Shown here in pieces: positions 1-10,985 of a stretch of 64,000 nucleotides of DNA. The first letter of the stretch is position 1; the number at the start of each line of letters is the position of its first letter. The stretch comes from Tubiluchus corallicola. Its lineage: Eukaryota; Animalia; Priapulida. The translations under genes and the position numbers were made by a program. Location: contig JAQGDQ010000073.1 of assembly GCA_030141605.1 (NCBI GenBank), positions 1 to 64,000 of the forward strand, given 5' to 3'. Below the pieces are notes generated by a model that saw only the letters and a program-made list of their open reading frames with translations, was not told the DNA's origin and did no database searches.

Positions 1-354
1 TGAAAATTGAATCGAGAAGAGACCGTCGAAAGCTGCGTTATGGTTAGGTCTCTTAGACTTCGCAAGCAAGTTGCACGACTGTAATAGCTAGAGAGAGTCG
101 ACAATAACAATCGTAATCCAGCGAGCTTTACAAGCTAAACAAATCTGCTTTGATTGAATTATTATATAAACTAGAAAAAATGCCAAGTAACAAACTTTCT
201 GATTTTCAGCTTTTAACCACGCTAGAACTTATAACTGACTATCAATTCATAACACGTAAAGACTAACTACGGTTGAGCTGTAGGGAGCGGAATGCGCCAA
301 TAGCCGCAGTAGGACAGTTCCGCAAATGCGCATGTGTTAAATTTGCGGGAAAAG

Positions 355-3300
355 CAGTGTCGTACATGGGCAGCCCAAGTAGGGCGCTGACGATTTCTGT
401 CGAGAATCGAGAATTATGACATGATAAAACATAAAACTAAATTTGTTTTGGACAAAAAGTAATTTCATAATAATGATGGATATCCCTTGACAATTCACAG
501 ATGTTTTTCTACAATAATATCATCATTATTATCATCATAACATTAAACTAAGTATTTAATGCTTTAAAGAGAGAAATTATGTAGGCACATAGCTCAAAAT
601 AAGATTCTTTTATTTTATCAGATAATAATAAATTATTCAATGTGTATTGATGTTTTCAAATCTTATTATTAAATATACAAAGACAACGGATGTGTTCCTA
701 TATGATTAAGACTCGACATCAAACATATTGGTCTGTCGCTCCGCCCCCGCAACGTAAACACGCTCAGCAGCATTTGGGAGATTATTAAGAGACAACAATA
801 TTTCAAGTTCAGAGATAGGATAAAAGAAGACAGATTTATCATTTGGAGCATTTAAGAAAGATTGGTAGGTCTTCAAAGTGGGTGGGATTTTATTGGCCAG
901 ATTACTACCTACAGACTGGAAGAATTTATTAAATGCATTAGCAATAGAGAGATCGTCACTTGTGGTATGACCATTGTTATCTAAATAGGAAGGGGCAACT
1001 TGTGTTTTACTTTTAATTTTCAGTAGGCTATTAATCGTACTCCATTGCTTCTTAATATTATTTTTGTTTACAGCAAATAAATGGTCATAATATTCTCTTT
1101 TGGATTTTTGTTTAACGTGATTTAGTTTATTTGAATAAGTCTTATAATAAGTCTTTTTGTAAAGCGAATTAGAAAGTTTGTGAGATTTATAGAGTTTGCT
1201 TCTAGTTCTGATTGATTTTAAAATTCCGGGTGTTATCCAGGGTTTTCGAAAGGATATTGTTTCTCTTTTACTAAGTGTTCGAATCGGGGCATGTTTATTA
1301 AGGGTGGTTTCAAATGATTCCAAGAAATTGGAAAAAGTATTATTTACATTAAGTTGACTATTGAAAATGTTAGAAAGTGAATGTCCCAAATCGCTCAGAA
1401 AATTTGCAGGAATAAATCTTTTAGTATCTCTTATTTGTACTTGAGACTTACTTTTGCATGCATAGGAAGAATTAACAATTGCAAAGATAGGCAGATGGTC
1501 AGCCAGTTCATACTGAATGATGCCAGCAGTGATGGGATTTTGAAACTCATTAGTATAAATATGATCAATTAAGGTTTGTGAGTTGTTAGTAATGCGAGTT
1601 GGTTGAGTTATAACTGGATGAAACCTATTTGAGAACAACATATTTATGTAGTTGGCAACTGAAGAAATGTCTTCATGTTGAAGTAAATTAATATTTATGT
1701 CCCCGCAAATAAAAGCTGTCCTACCTGACGAATTGATAAAGTTTAAGATCTTTTCCATTTCTTCATTAAAGTGACTGACAGATTTGTTGGGGTGCCTGTA
1801 CACGACGCCAAATAATATAGGTGCTTTATTTCTTGATGTTTTTATCTCGACCCATATATCCTCTACAGCTATTCTGCTAACAGTGTGAGGTAAGTTGGAT
1901 GTATATTTTTCGCAGTTAAACTGAATTTCATTAATAACTTTATATTCAAGATTTTTTTTAATATATAGACCTACCCCACCTGCAGCAGTAGGCGAATCTT
2001 TTCTAAGAAAAATGTACTCTGGTATATTGTAGAAAAAGGGTGTATTATCATGTAATCTTGTTTCTGAAATCGCTATGATGTCCGGAGGATTTTGAAAATG
2101 ATCCACTGTTTCAAGCACCTCACAAAAATAGCGGCCAAGACTGCATGTATTCATGTGCACAAAGCAAAAATCATTTGTATTGTTTTTTAATTTGGTGTCA
2201 TGTTTTAGTGCATCTAAAGAATAATACTTACTAGAGTACTGTACTATATAATTGTCTGGATCTTGAGAATCTTCACATATGGGTGACAGAAATGAAGAAA
2301 GATTAGTATAAGTAGATAAGCTTATAGTAGAAACACTCGTGCTGAAGATAGTTGAGAAGTCCTCGTCATCGCAGCCCTGAAATGGAAGTAAAATGTTAAT
2401 ACAGTTTATACAGTAGTAAGGCTCACTACTATTGCCTAAATTACGAAATTCTAAAAGGGACAACGTTGAACATTTTAAGTGTCTCCAACAGAGACAAATA
2501 TTACATTGAATAGCACATTGAGTCGGCTTGCATTCATGGTTACAAAACGAACAAGGAAATTTTGCCATAAAGGACTTGAATTAAGTTTCAAAGATATTAA
2601 AATATGAGACGGCCTATATATCAGCCAGGTCTTGCTCAGTTCGCGCAGGATAACAACAACAGCAGTTCGCGCAGGATAACTGTCTAGGCTAAACTAAACT
2701 AAGCTAAGCAACATGACAGTCACAACTAATGTCTAATCAGCAGACAAACTGATGCGCTTTTTCATAAACACAAATTTGCGAAGCAGCAGCTATTTCAACA
2801 TGAAATTTACTCTTAAAGTAGCCAAAAATGACTTTTCAACTTAAATAGAATGTAGAGACAAAGTTTCAAAGCACTACAAAATACAGAGACATAAATATAA
2901 TAAAGAAAGTAAGCCAGTTAGCCTTGCTTTACTATTAAGTCTCTCTTGCCTTTAAACATGTGAACATCATGCCTGCAATGTATTTTTCTATATTAACTGA
3001 CATGTGCTCGTCTACAAGATTTATTAAGTTTTTGTCAGGCTATGGAAATGGAATAAATTTGACTGTTCCATTTTAATAGACCACCCTAATATTGAATGCC
3101 CGAGTCACATAAATCCCAATGGCATCTTTTAATCTTGATTATAACCAGTAAAACAGCATATAATTAGCTAATATTACATTGATGTATAATATAAGTTTTG
3201 ACCACATTTGAATTAATTTTGGCTGTGAAGATTTCATTGAGGTTTATAAAAACTGGCCAGAAAGAAAACATTTTGTTTTGTCCTTATTTAAAGTTAATCA

Positions 3301-3712
3301 AATAGTTGTGTTTATCTAACTTGCAAACCATAAACTAAACTAAACTGCATATTTTCTTGACTGCAAAATGGTTTAATCAGACACGTCATCATCATCATGG
3401 ATGTAAGCATTGTGCATTTGTTCCTGTAAACGAAACTAGACTATATATTTCCACCAATTCACTTGCAATTTCAATTTATAATAATAAAATCAAGAACCAG
3501 GCTAATATTTCTCCCGCTAACTAATGAAAAGTTGCCATTTTTCATGACAGTGTTAGACGGAGCTGTAGCTAAATGTCCCGAATGTACCTGCTGCAGGGGT
3601 GTGTGAAATAACTTGCAGGCTGATTGGGCAGTCAACGAAAATGATTGACATTATGTTAGACGTCACTTGGGCACTACGCGTCCTACTTGAGCTAGCCCAT
3701 GTACGCCCATTG
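355..3712. repeat. Imperfect inverted repeat pair (355-386 / 3679-3712), resembling DNA-transposon TIRs, enclosing the LINE fragment
   Basis: Left CAGTGTCGTACATGGGC-AGCCCAAGTAGGGCG versus reverse complement of right CAATGGGCGTACATGGGCTAGCTCAAGTAGGACG. No convincing TSD was seen. Confidence 0.5.
706..2568 (-). mobile_element. Non-LTR retrotransposon (CR1/L2/Crack-like) ORF: N-terminal PHD finger plus APE-type endonuclease, truncated before the reverse transcriptase domain
   Basis: 620-aa ORF. PHD pattern CxxC...CxxC.xWxHxxC...CxxC (FPCSFC...IQCNICLCWRHLKC...YYCINC). APE motifs IIAISETRL, GGVGLYI, VVYRHP, ICGDININLL, PTRI, TLIDHIY, DHLPI. Linker motifs KHAP and KPWITPGI. LINE-like sequence ends at about LLSLNNL (~770) and no RT motifs follow. 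Confidence 0.9.
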
Positions 3713-4099
3713 TCCTACTTCGGCTAGTGTCTTACTCTGCTCCCAACACAGCGAACTTACTCAATCACGGAAATCAATATTACTACTACCACTACATGTT
3801 TTCATTTGTTTTGCCTTTGTTACTCAACAAATTTTGTTTTTTACTTTTACCTCCTCAATACTGTGGTTTATAAAATTTGTTACATTAACAAAGTTTAAAA
3901 TCATAGATTGCCTGGTTTAGTACTACTGGCCACAATCCTTCATTATTATGCAGACCGACAGTCCTTGGTAAGTCGGTAATATGTGAAAGTTAAACGCATT
4001 AAAATTTTTAAACATCATGGACATCAGTACAATTAATAACATACTTCAAATGAAGTTAATCCTAAGAAAAAAAAGTCGTAATTATTTAAATGTCATATA

Positions 4100-5750
4100 A
4101 GACTGGGCGGGTATGAAAGAATTTCTATTCTCACGAGTAATAAATTATTGGAACAGACTTCAACAAGCTGCAATGTGCTGTAAGCATAAATATGGACCTG
4201 TGGTGTTGTTGCTTCATAGTTATCATAGGTGACTGTGATGGCAAAGCATCTACGATGAAATGTCAAACATGACAAATAAAGATGTGTAATAATCATAATC
4301 AAACAATTCAATGATCCAAGCTCCAGCTAAGCCGATTCCTACTGTGTGTTCCTCCATCATGTATTTCATAGGTGCACTTCAGTCTTAGATACTAATGTCG
4401 GTATTAGTTTCAACACCACAGGACCATACATCAAAGACCTGGAGCATGTAAATTTGGAATAGTTATGTTGCGGTCGGCAGTACTGGTACAGTTAGTCTTC
4501 ATCTATGGGCCTTTATACTGGGCTCCTGCACTTAAAGACCATCCAAAGAAGTTTGAAGAATCTTGAAGGTATGTCAGGTATTTCCAGGTAAATAAAATGA
4601 GAGAGAAAAATATTTATTTATGAGTGTCATTATACTTGTAAATAAATTGAATATTAGTACATATAAAATTGTTACTATGGAATGGCCTTGTCAGTTTACA
4701 GGGTTGATGGACAGGTGTGTTTTTCATCTCAGTACCTGTCCTATGATGACAGTTGACTAGCATGGAGCTCAATGGACTAATTATCTGGCATATTACTTGC
4801 ATTTATAACTTCACTTTATTTCGCACATTTTGTCATTTTTGGAACAAGTATCAGAACCATCATTCGGTCAGCATTACACTGGTGACGAGAGCAGTGGCAG
4901 CAGTCCTAAGCTGCCTCCAGCGTATCGGAACCGGGCAAACTTAGATCATCAGCAGCACAACCCCAACCCACTGCAGTGATATTGAACCGCCGGAAAGGTA
5001 TCTCAGTATTTGAGGTCTGTGTGGGTTTTAGGACAACTTTATTCATCTCAGTCGGTTTTTCAAAAACTGGAGCTCTCAAGTCTGCTTTGGCCAGGTATGT
5101 TGGAGGATGGTATGTGCCTTTCTTCTGTGGCTTCATAAATTACTTGTGAGGATGCAATTCTTGTATGCTGCATGACTATTTTCTGTGGTCTTGTAGAGGA
5201 ATGTTTACCTGCAAGGATATAGTTCTTGTACAGTGTAAATAATGTCGGTTTTTAAGTGTGCCGTACAAAATGTGGTCTGTAGCAGCACCTGGACTGTTAT
5301 TTTAAATTGTGATTAAATCTTAGGTAAAGTTTTGTCGATGTGTAGACGTATCGTGATGACTATTTCCATAATCACTGAGTGCCTCATTACAGGCTGCACT
5401 TACTTGGTTTGAAGATGGTGTTGGCAATATAGATGTCATAGCCCCAGTCTAACAATTTGCCAGGTTGATACACTTGAAGGAGTAGCTACGTGAAGGAATG
5501 ACGAGAGTTTCCTGATCTGATATATTCTCAATGAAATGAAATAATGGTGCTATGTTGGTTTGTGCAGTGCTTACGAGCCCGCGGAGTTACTAGAGCCATC
5601 TGGTTGAGGAACATCCTCATTGCAAGTGTGACACACATGCTTGATTCGTCAACTCTCATGGCAAGTTCAGCCCTGACAGTCTCCATGCAAAAGGCCGCCT
5701 GCTCAATCTGACTCACATGGAGCCAGTCCTTCCAGCCTCAGTTAAATTTA
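4100..5750 (-). pseudogene. Decayed coding-like segment, possibly a transposase relic (PHD-like start; weak FLYWCH/MULE-like fragments)
   Basis: Less AT-rich than its flanks, with short protein-like frames broken by stops and frameshifts: LHGDCQG..KHVCHTC, PGKLLDWGYDIY, SQVIYEA, IPFRRFN, TFHRR. The family assignment is speculative. Confidence 0.25.
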
Positions 5751-6290
5751 CTGTGAATTATTAGTGTTTTATCCTTCTCTGTTAGTCTACTGGGTCTCGT
5801 AATTATTGGTATAAATTGCTATATTGGTTTAGTAATTAATTTCTCAATTTTCAATTTTTTATTAGTCATAGTTTTTTAGAATCGATATCTGTACGGTTAT
5901 AAACCTATAATAGCGTCAAAAATGTATGTTGCGAATTGATGAATCGTTGGTAATGTAGCAAATCAGAAGCAGTTCTGTACGCGAATAAAGTTCTAACTTT
6001 TCTTGAAATTAGTCAGCTGATCGCGGAAGGTGTTTGTCTGGACGGTTTTTGTGTATATTTGTGAAGTTATTTCACATTCGGACGCGGTTGCGTAGTTGCG
6101 TAATGCAATAGAGTGCATAGTAGTTAGACAAAGAAAATTATCTGTCTCAGAACGTGATACGAAAATTTTCAAAAATTATGTAGTACGATTTGAGAGGACT
6201 AAGTTGACCTTTTTACTTTAGTTTTACTCTGGTGTTGCTTCAATACTTGATTTGATTCAAGATCAACATTTACACTACCAGTCGAGCTAG

Positions 6291-6598
6291 GTTTGTACAT
6301 TATGTGGTGCACTTTATCATTTTTATGGTAGCATATATTTTTCTATAAATACACAAGACTACCAAGTAAATAAATGTTCACATCAAATTCAATGTTTTCT
6401 CTCGTGTGTGGACAAACGAATTCTGCAGTCTTTAATATTAAGTCACTCAAAAAGATTTTGCTTTGTTTAGATGTAACTGTTAGAAGCTGTCCAAGGAATC
6501 AAATATGAAAATTCTTTATCATAATTTCAGTTGAAACATTTCTAGTAAGACCTTTAGTGGGTTTATAAAGTGATCACAATGTTATGCTTATTTTTCAG
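6291..6598 (+). other. Probable 5'-UTR intron of the TBC1D1/4 gene
   Basis: Candidate donor CTAG|GTTTGT at 6290/6291 and acceptor tatttttcag| ending at 6598, four bases before the ATG. Confidence 0.5.
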
Positions 6599-6602
6599 AT
6601 TC

Positions 6603-9600
6603 ATGGATTCTGCATCTCTGACTACTGTTTTCAAGGTTGTGTACCTTGGCCAGTCACAGCTGGACCGCCGATACACACAGCCTATGCTGCCCTGGGTCAT
6701 TGCAAACATTCGTTCTGAATCCCAACGGCGAAGCATCATTCTTCAAATAACTAGCTTTAGCGTGAAAGCTTGGGCTTTACCAGCCGGTGATCTCAACTTA
6801 GAACAAGAAGATAGGGAAATGTTGTTTGAGCATCGACTAGAGAACATATCTCGGTTTTCACGGTCATCTTTGCATCACTGCTGCTTTGCATACCTTCATC
6901 GCTTGTCAAATGATGCCCGTCTCACTTGCCATGTGTTCCAGTCATTTGAAGAACACCAGGTTTTGGAGTTGTTTAACAGTCTTCGAAATCTGACAAAAAC
7001 GGCACTAGATCCTGCTATATCTGGCTGCACGTCAATGGAAAATGTTCTTGGTTATTCACACTTTTTTGAGGTTCTGTATACCGGTAAAGTGAAGCTGCCT
7101 CAGAAGAAAGCACCACCGACATTTATTGATGACACTGTGGAAAGATTTCGACAACATGATGCAAAGAAACAGAAACAACTAGAAGCAGACTGGGTTCTCC
7201 AGCGACAGCGTCACGCCAGTGCTTCTAGCATCTCTGGGAAGCCATCTGGTGGTTTTGAAGCCAATGGCATTCATGACAACCAGTTAGCAAATCAGTGTGC
7301 AAAATTACAGCAGAATGGTGCTAGAAATAATGCGGCCTCCAATAATGGTTTGATATACCAGAATGATAAATCCCCATGTAAGCTGTCACTTACAGGGTCT
7401 GTTGACACTTTAGCTGAGGTTAAAGTGAAAGCAGAAAGAAATAGAACTATGCTCATGCAGATAGGAAAAACGGAAATTAGTTTAATATCCCCTGATAGAA
7501 AGTCGTCAATATTGGAAAAAAAGTTTAAAGACATTTCTTTCTGTTCTCAGGGTATTAGAGAACCTCAGTATTTTGGATTTATTTGTCGAGAGGAGCATAG
7601 CGAAAATTATGTTTGCTATGTGTTTCGTTGTCAGAATGACTCTGTTGTAGATGAAATTATGGGTGCATTAAAGCAAGCGTTTAGCTCTGCTTATCAGCAG
7701 GCGACCAAGTATCACATATGTGATGTTTGTCCAATGCAGCAATTTCACAAACTGTGCATTGAAGTGGAGGGCATGTCTGCAGATAGAGCACATTTGGCTA
7801 TGATGAAATGGTTAGAGTCGTTGTCCGATAATGAACAAACAGATGTTATGAATACGCTCGCAGAGTCACAGTTGGCTGGATATCAGGAAAAAAATGAAAA
7901 ACTTATGGGTCTTTTGTATAAAAAAGCTCAGGAAAGACAAAAACTGCATGTTCATACTAGTGATCTTCACATTAACATGCATAAATCTGAATTTACCTTG
8001 TCTGATGGAAAAAAAGTGGTGACAAACACGATCGATCAACTGAGGAATAAAGCAAAGAAATCTTTAACCATGTCCTTTGATCAGTTTCTTCGCAAAAAAA
8101 TTAGCAAAGAAGAAAGTCGTGATGCATTTCGCAAAAGAAGTGCGACATTCGATTCCAGTGACAGGGAAATAACCCCAGAATTATCTCCCTGTGGTACTCC
8201 GACACAAAAAAAGGAATTTAGTAAAGAGCTTTCTGATTTTGCAGTATCACCAATTTCTCCTCAGCGACTTCAAGTACCAGAGAGCCGTCCTAGAAGTAAC
8301 ACGTATGCCGCGGGCATGTCCAGTTCAGCTAGGCACAAAAAACCAGAACAGCTAAAAGAGGTGGACGAAAGCCGAACGTCTCCTACGCCAATGATTAACA
8401 CGTTTATGAAGTTTAATACCCCAAAAAAGAGTGATGCCACTACACCTCCAGTGACACCAACAGATGGCTTGTCCTACCGTCGTGAGATATTTAATAAGGT
8501 TGTTACTCCTGTACATGGGCCAATGGGAGAAGACCAAATTGACCATCCATTGAAAATGTTTTCGACAACTAATAAACAAAATGGCATTAAGACATCTGCA
8601 CAATATCGAGCATTGTGGAAGAAGGCCATCACTGAACAAATTTTGTTAAATCGCATGGCAAAGGAAAATGAGAAAATCAAAATGCATCAGAATGCGTTGA
8701 AAAACTTAATGAAACTCGATTACGAAGATCTCAATCTTTGCTTAAAGGAATCAACGGAAATCTGGAAGGAATTGTTAGCTAGGTCAAACAATCTTTCGCT
8801 TTCTGTTGATAAACAAGCCATTAGTAATGCTGTGAAAACTGGGGTACCTAAACAAAAACGAGGTGATGTTTGGGAATTTTTGATGGACCACCATTTGTTG
8901 TTGGATCACAATGGGATGTCAGATGATGTCTCTTACTCAGATTTACTTAAAAAGTTGACTTCACATCAACATACCATATTAATCGACCTCGGTCGTACTT
9001 TTCCTAACCACCCATACTTTGGTAAACCATTAGGAAGCGGACAATTGGCCCTATTTAATATCTTAAAGGCTTATTCACTTTTAGATCCAGAAGTTGGTTA
9101 CTGCCAAGGACTTAGTTTTGTTGCCGGTATTCTCTTACTTCATGTGGGAGATGAGCAGAAAGCATTTGACATGCTCCGCTACGTGATGTTTGGTCTAGGT
9201 TGTCGCCGACAATACAAGCCAGACATGACAGCACTGCAAATACAGATGTACCAGTTGTCTCGTCTACTGCATGATAAATGCAGACAACTGTACAATCATT
9301 TTGAGGAACATGAGATAGTTCCTTCATTATATGCTGCTCCTTGGTTCCTGACGATGTTTGCATCACAGTATCCACTCGGATTTGTGTCCCGTGTCTTTGA
9401 TCTCATATTTTTACAAGGTGTAGGAGTCATCTTCAAAATAGCTTTAGTGTTGTTATGTGAACACAAGGACTTAATACTGGAGTGTGACAGTTTTGAGACT
9501 GTCGTGGACTTGATAAAGACAAAACTGCCGTCCATTAGTTTTCCGGAATTAGAGAAAGTTGTAAATAAAGCATTTGATTTAGACATAAGTAAACAGTTAC

Positions 9601-10106
9601 ATGCATATGAAGTTGAGTATCATGTGTTGCAAGAAGAAATAAACTGCACTCCAGCTCGTGCCGATGGACTACAAATTGCACAATTAGAACAGGCCAATAA
9701 AAACTTAAAACGTCAGAATATGTCGCTTTTGGAGAATTTGCAAATGCTTCATGGCACTGTCCATCGCATGGAGGACACTATTTCTAGTAATCATGGAGTA
9801 ATTAGCACAATGAGATCTCGCATCAAACAACTGGAACAGGAACGTGTTGTATATCTAAGCTATATCACACAGATTAAGGCTCTGCTGCCTGATGGTGTTG
9901 CTCCAGAAATGCTGGAATTGAACAACAGCATAACAAATTCTGGATGTAGCATTCCAAAGAATGCTAGTGATGTATCACTAGATCTTGAGAAGGAAACTGG
10001 GTCAACAGTGATGTCAGGTCAGTTTCATCCTCTGCGCCGTCTGAGTGGTGATAGCCAGTCGTCCGGTGGCTTGGATGGCAGTGAAAGTCCCTTAGTTGAC
10101 AATTGA
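6603..10106 (+). CDS. TBC1D1: TBC1D1/TBC1D4 (AS160, pollux)-like Rab GTPase-activating protein, single coding exon, ~1167 aa
   Basis: N-terminal PTB domains (FKVVYLG...MLPWVI; FEVLYTGKV...KKAPPTFIDD; NRTML...ISFCSQGI..FGFICRE). TBC domain with ILIDLGRTF and YCQGLSFVAG. C-terminal coiled coil. The ATG at 6603 follows a polypyrimidine/CAG acceptor ending at 6598, so the ORF-track start at 6570 is intronic. Confidence 0.95.
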   Translation: MDSASLTTVFKVVYLGQSQLDRRYTQPMLPWVIANIRSESQRRSIILQITSFSVKAWALPAGDLNLEQEDREMLFEHRLENISRFSRSSLHHCCFAYLHRLSNDARLTCHVFQSFEEHQVLELFNSLRNLTKTALDPAISGCTSMENVLGYSHFFEVLYTGKVKLPQKKAPPTFIDDTVERFRQHDAKKQKQLEADWVLQRQRHASASSISGKPSGGFEANGIHDNQLANQCAKLQQNGARNNAASNNGLIYQNDKSPCKLSLTGSVDTLAEVKVKAERNRTMLMQIGKTEISLISPDRKSSILEKKFKDISFCSQGIREPQYFGFICREEHSENYVCYVFRCQNDSVVDEIMGALKQAFSSAYQQATKYHICDVCPMQQFHKLCIEVEGMSADRAHLAMMKWLESLSDNEQTDVMNTLAESQLAGYQEKNEKLMGLLYKKAQERQKLHVHTSDLHINMHKSEFTLSDGKKVVTNTIDQLRNKAKKSLTMSFDQFLRKKISKEESRDAFRKRSATFDSSDREITPELSPCGTPTQKKEFSKELSDFAVSPISPQRLQVPESRPRSNTYAAGMSSSARHKKPEQLKEVDESRTSPTPMINTFMKFNTPKKSDATTPPVTPTDGLSYRREIFNKVVTPVHGPMGEDQIDHPLKMFSTTNKQNGIKTSAQYRALWKKAITEQILLNRMAKENEKIKMHQNALKNLMKLDYEDLNLCLKESTEIWKELLARSNNLSLSVDKQAISNAVKTGVPKQKRGDVWEFLMDHHLLLDHNGMSDDVSYSDLLKKLTSHQHTILIDLGRTFPNHPYFGKPLGSGQLALFNILKAYSLLDPEVGYCQGLSFVAGILLLHVGDEQKAFDMLRYVMFGLGCRRQYKPDMTALQIQMYQLSRLLHDKCRQLYNHFEEHEIVPSLYAAPWFLTMFASQYPLGFVSRVFDLIFLQGVGVIFKIALVLLCEHKDLILECDSFETVVDLIKTKLPSISFPELEKVVNKAFDLDISKQLHAYEVEYHVLQEEINCTPARADGLQIAQLEQANKNLKRQNMSLLENLQMLHGTVHRMEDTISSNHGVISTMRSRIKQLEQERVVYLSYITQIKALLPDGVAPEMLELNNSITNSGCSIPKNASDVSLDLEKETGSTVMSGQFHPLRRLSGDSQSSGGLDGSESPLVDN

Positions 10107-10775
10107 AAGGTAAATTTGTTTGTAACAAAAAATTTCTTGTTAGTAAAAGATTTTGTTTGTGGTAATTTCAGAAAAGCTATATAGCAAATCACATGCACAC
10201 ATGAGGAAAAAATTTGTTGTAATAAGTTAATAGCCAATTTTTTATTCTCTGTAATAGTCAACTGAAAAGAAGTATCTGTGTTGGAGTGTGTCACATTTTA
10301 CAGATATTAACAGTGTAAATGTGCTTTTACAAAGTCTTTGGCTTCTGCTTAAGAGCAAAATCTGTTTTTGAGATGTCCACACATTTATAGAAAAGTTGGT
10401 GAAACTGTCATAACATATAACATAAATGTTTTTCCCCATGTGATTTGCCATGCATGTATTTTACCCAACTGATAATAGTATTCTATGTAAGTGATTATAT
10501 GTTTGTATTGTAGTATTTTTGTGGCAGTTGCAATTGATTTGGCTCACTGACACTGGAACTATAATGAAATTGCCACATTTGAAACATTTCATAACTTAGT
10601 CTTTAGTCCATGATAATATACTTAATTCATAACTGATTTGGATGTAAGATCTTGATTTAGCTAATTACCCCGTATGTACCATTTGCCTGATTGGACCATT
10701 AGGGCATTTTTGTAGAAAGTAAGTTAAAGTTCTACTGTAGTATCTATGTAATCAACCTTTTGCTCAATTCTGAGT

Positions 10776-10985
10776 ATTACAGCTGTACTGTTAATTTAAA
10801 CTTCAATTACATGGGAAGCCTTGTTGGGTTTAATTAACTTTCTTAGGTGGGTTCTTTGTTGGTTATCTTAGTTTAATCACATTACAGCTGTACTGTTAAT
10901 TTAAACTTCAGTTACTTGGGAAGCCTTGTTGGGTTTAATTAACTTTCTTAGGTGGGTTCTTTGTTGGTTTTCTTAGTTTAATCAC
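10776..10985. repeat. 105-bp tandem duplication (2 copies) in the putative TBC1D1/4 3' UTR
   Basis: 10776-10880 and 10881-10985 are near-identical (ATTACAGCTGTACTG...TTTAATCAC), with a few substitutions. Confidence 0.95.

Noticed and set aside
4906-5136. Trypsin-like protease (ITAVGWG)
   Set aside because: No TAAHC or GDSGGP catalytic motifs were seen nearby; probably a chance match within a decayed element.
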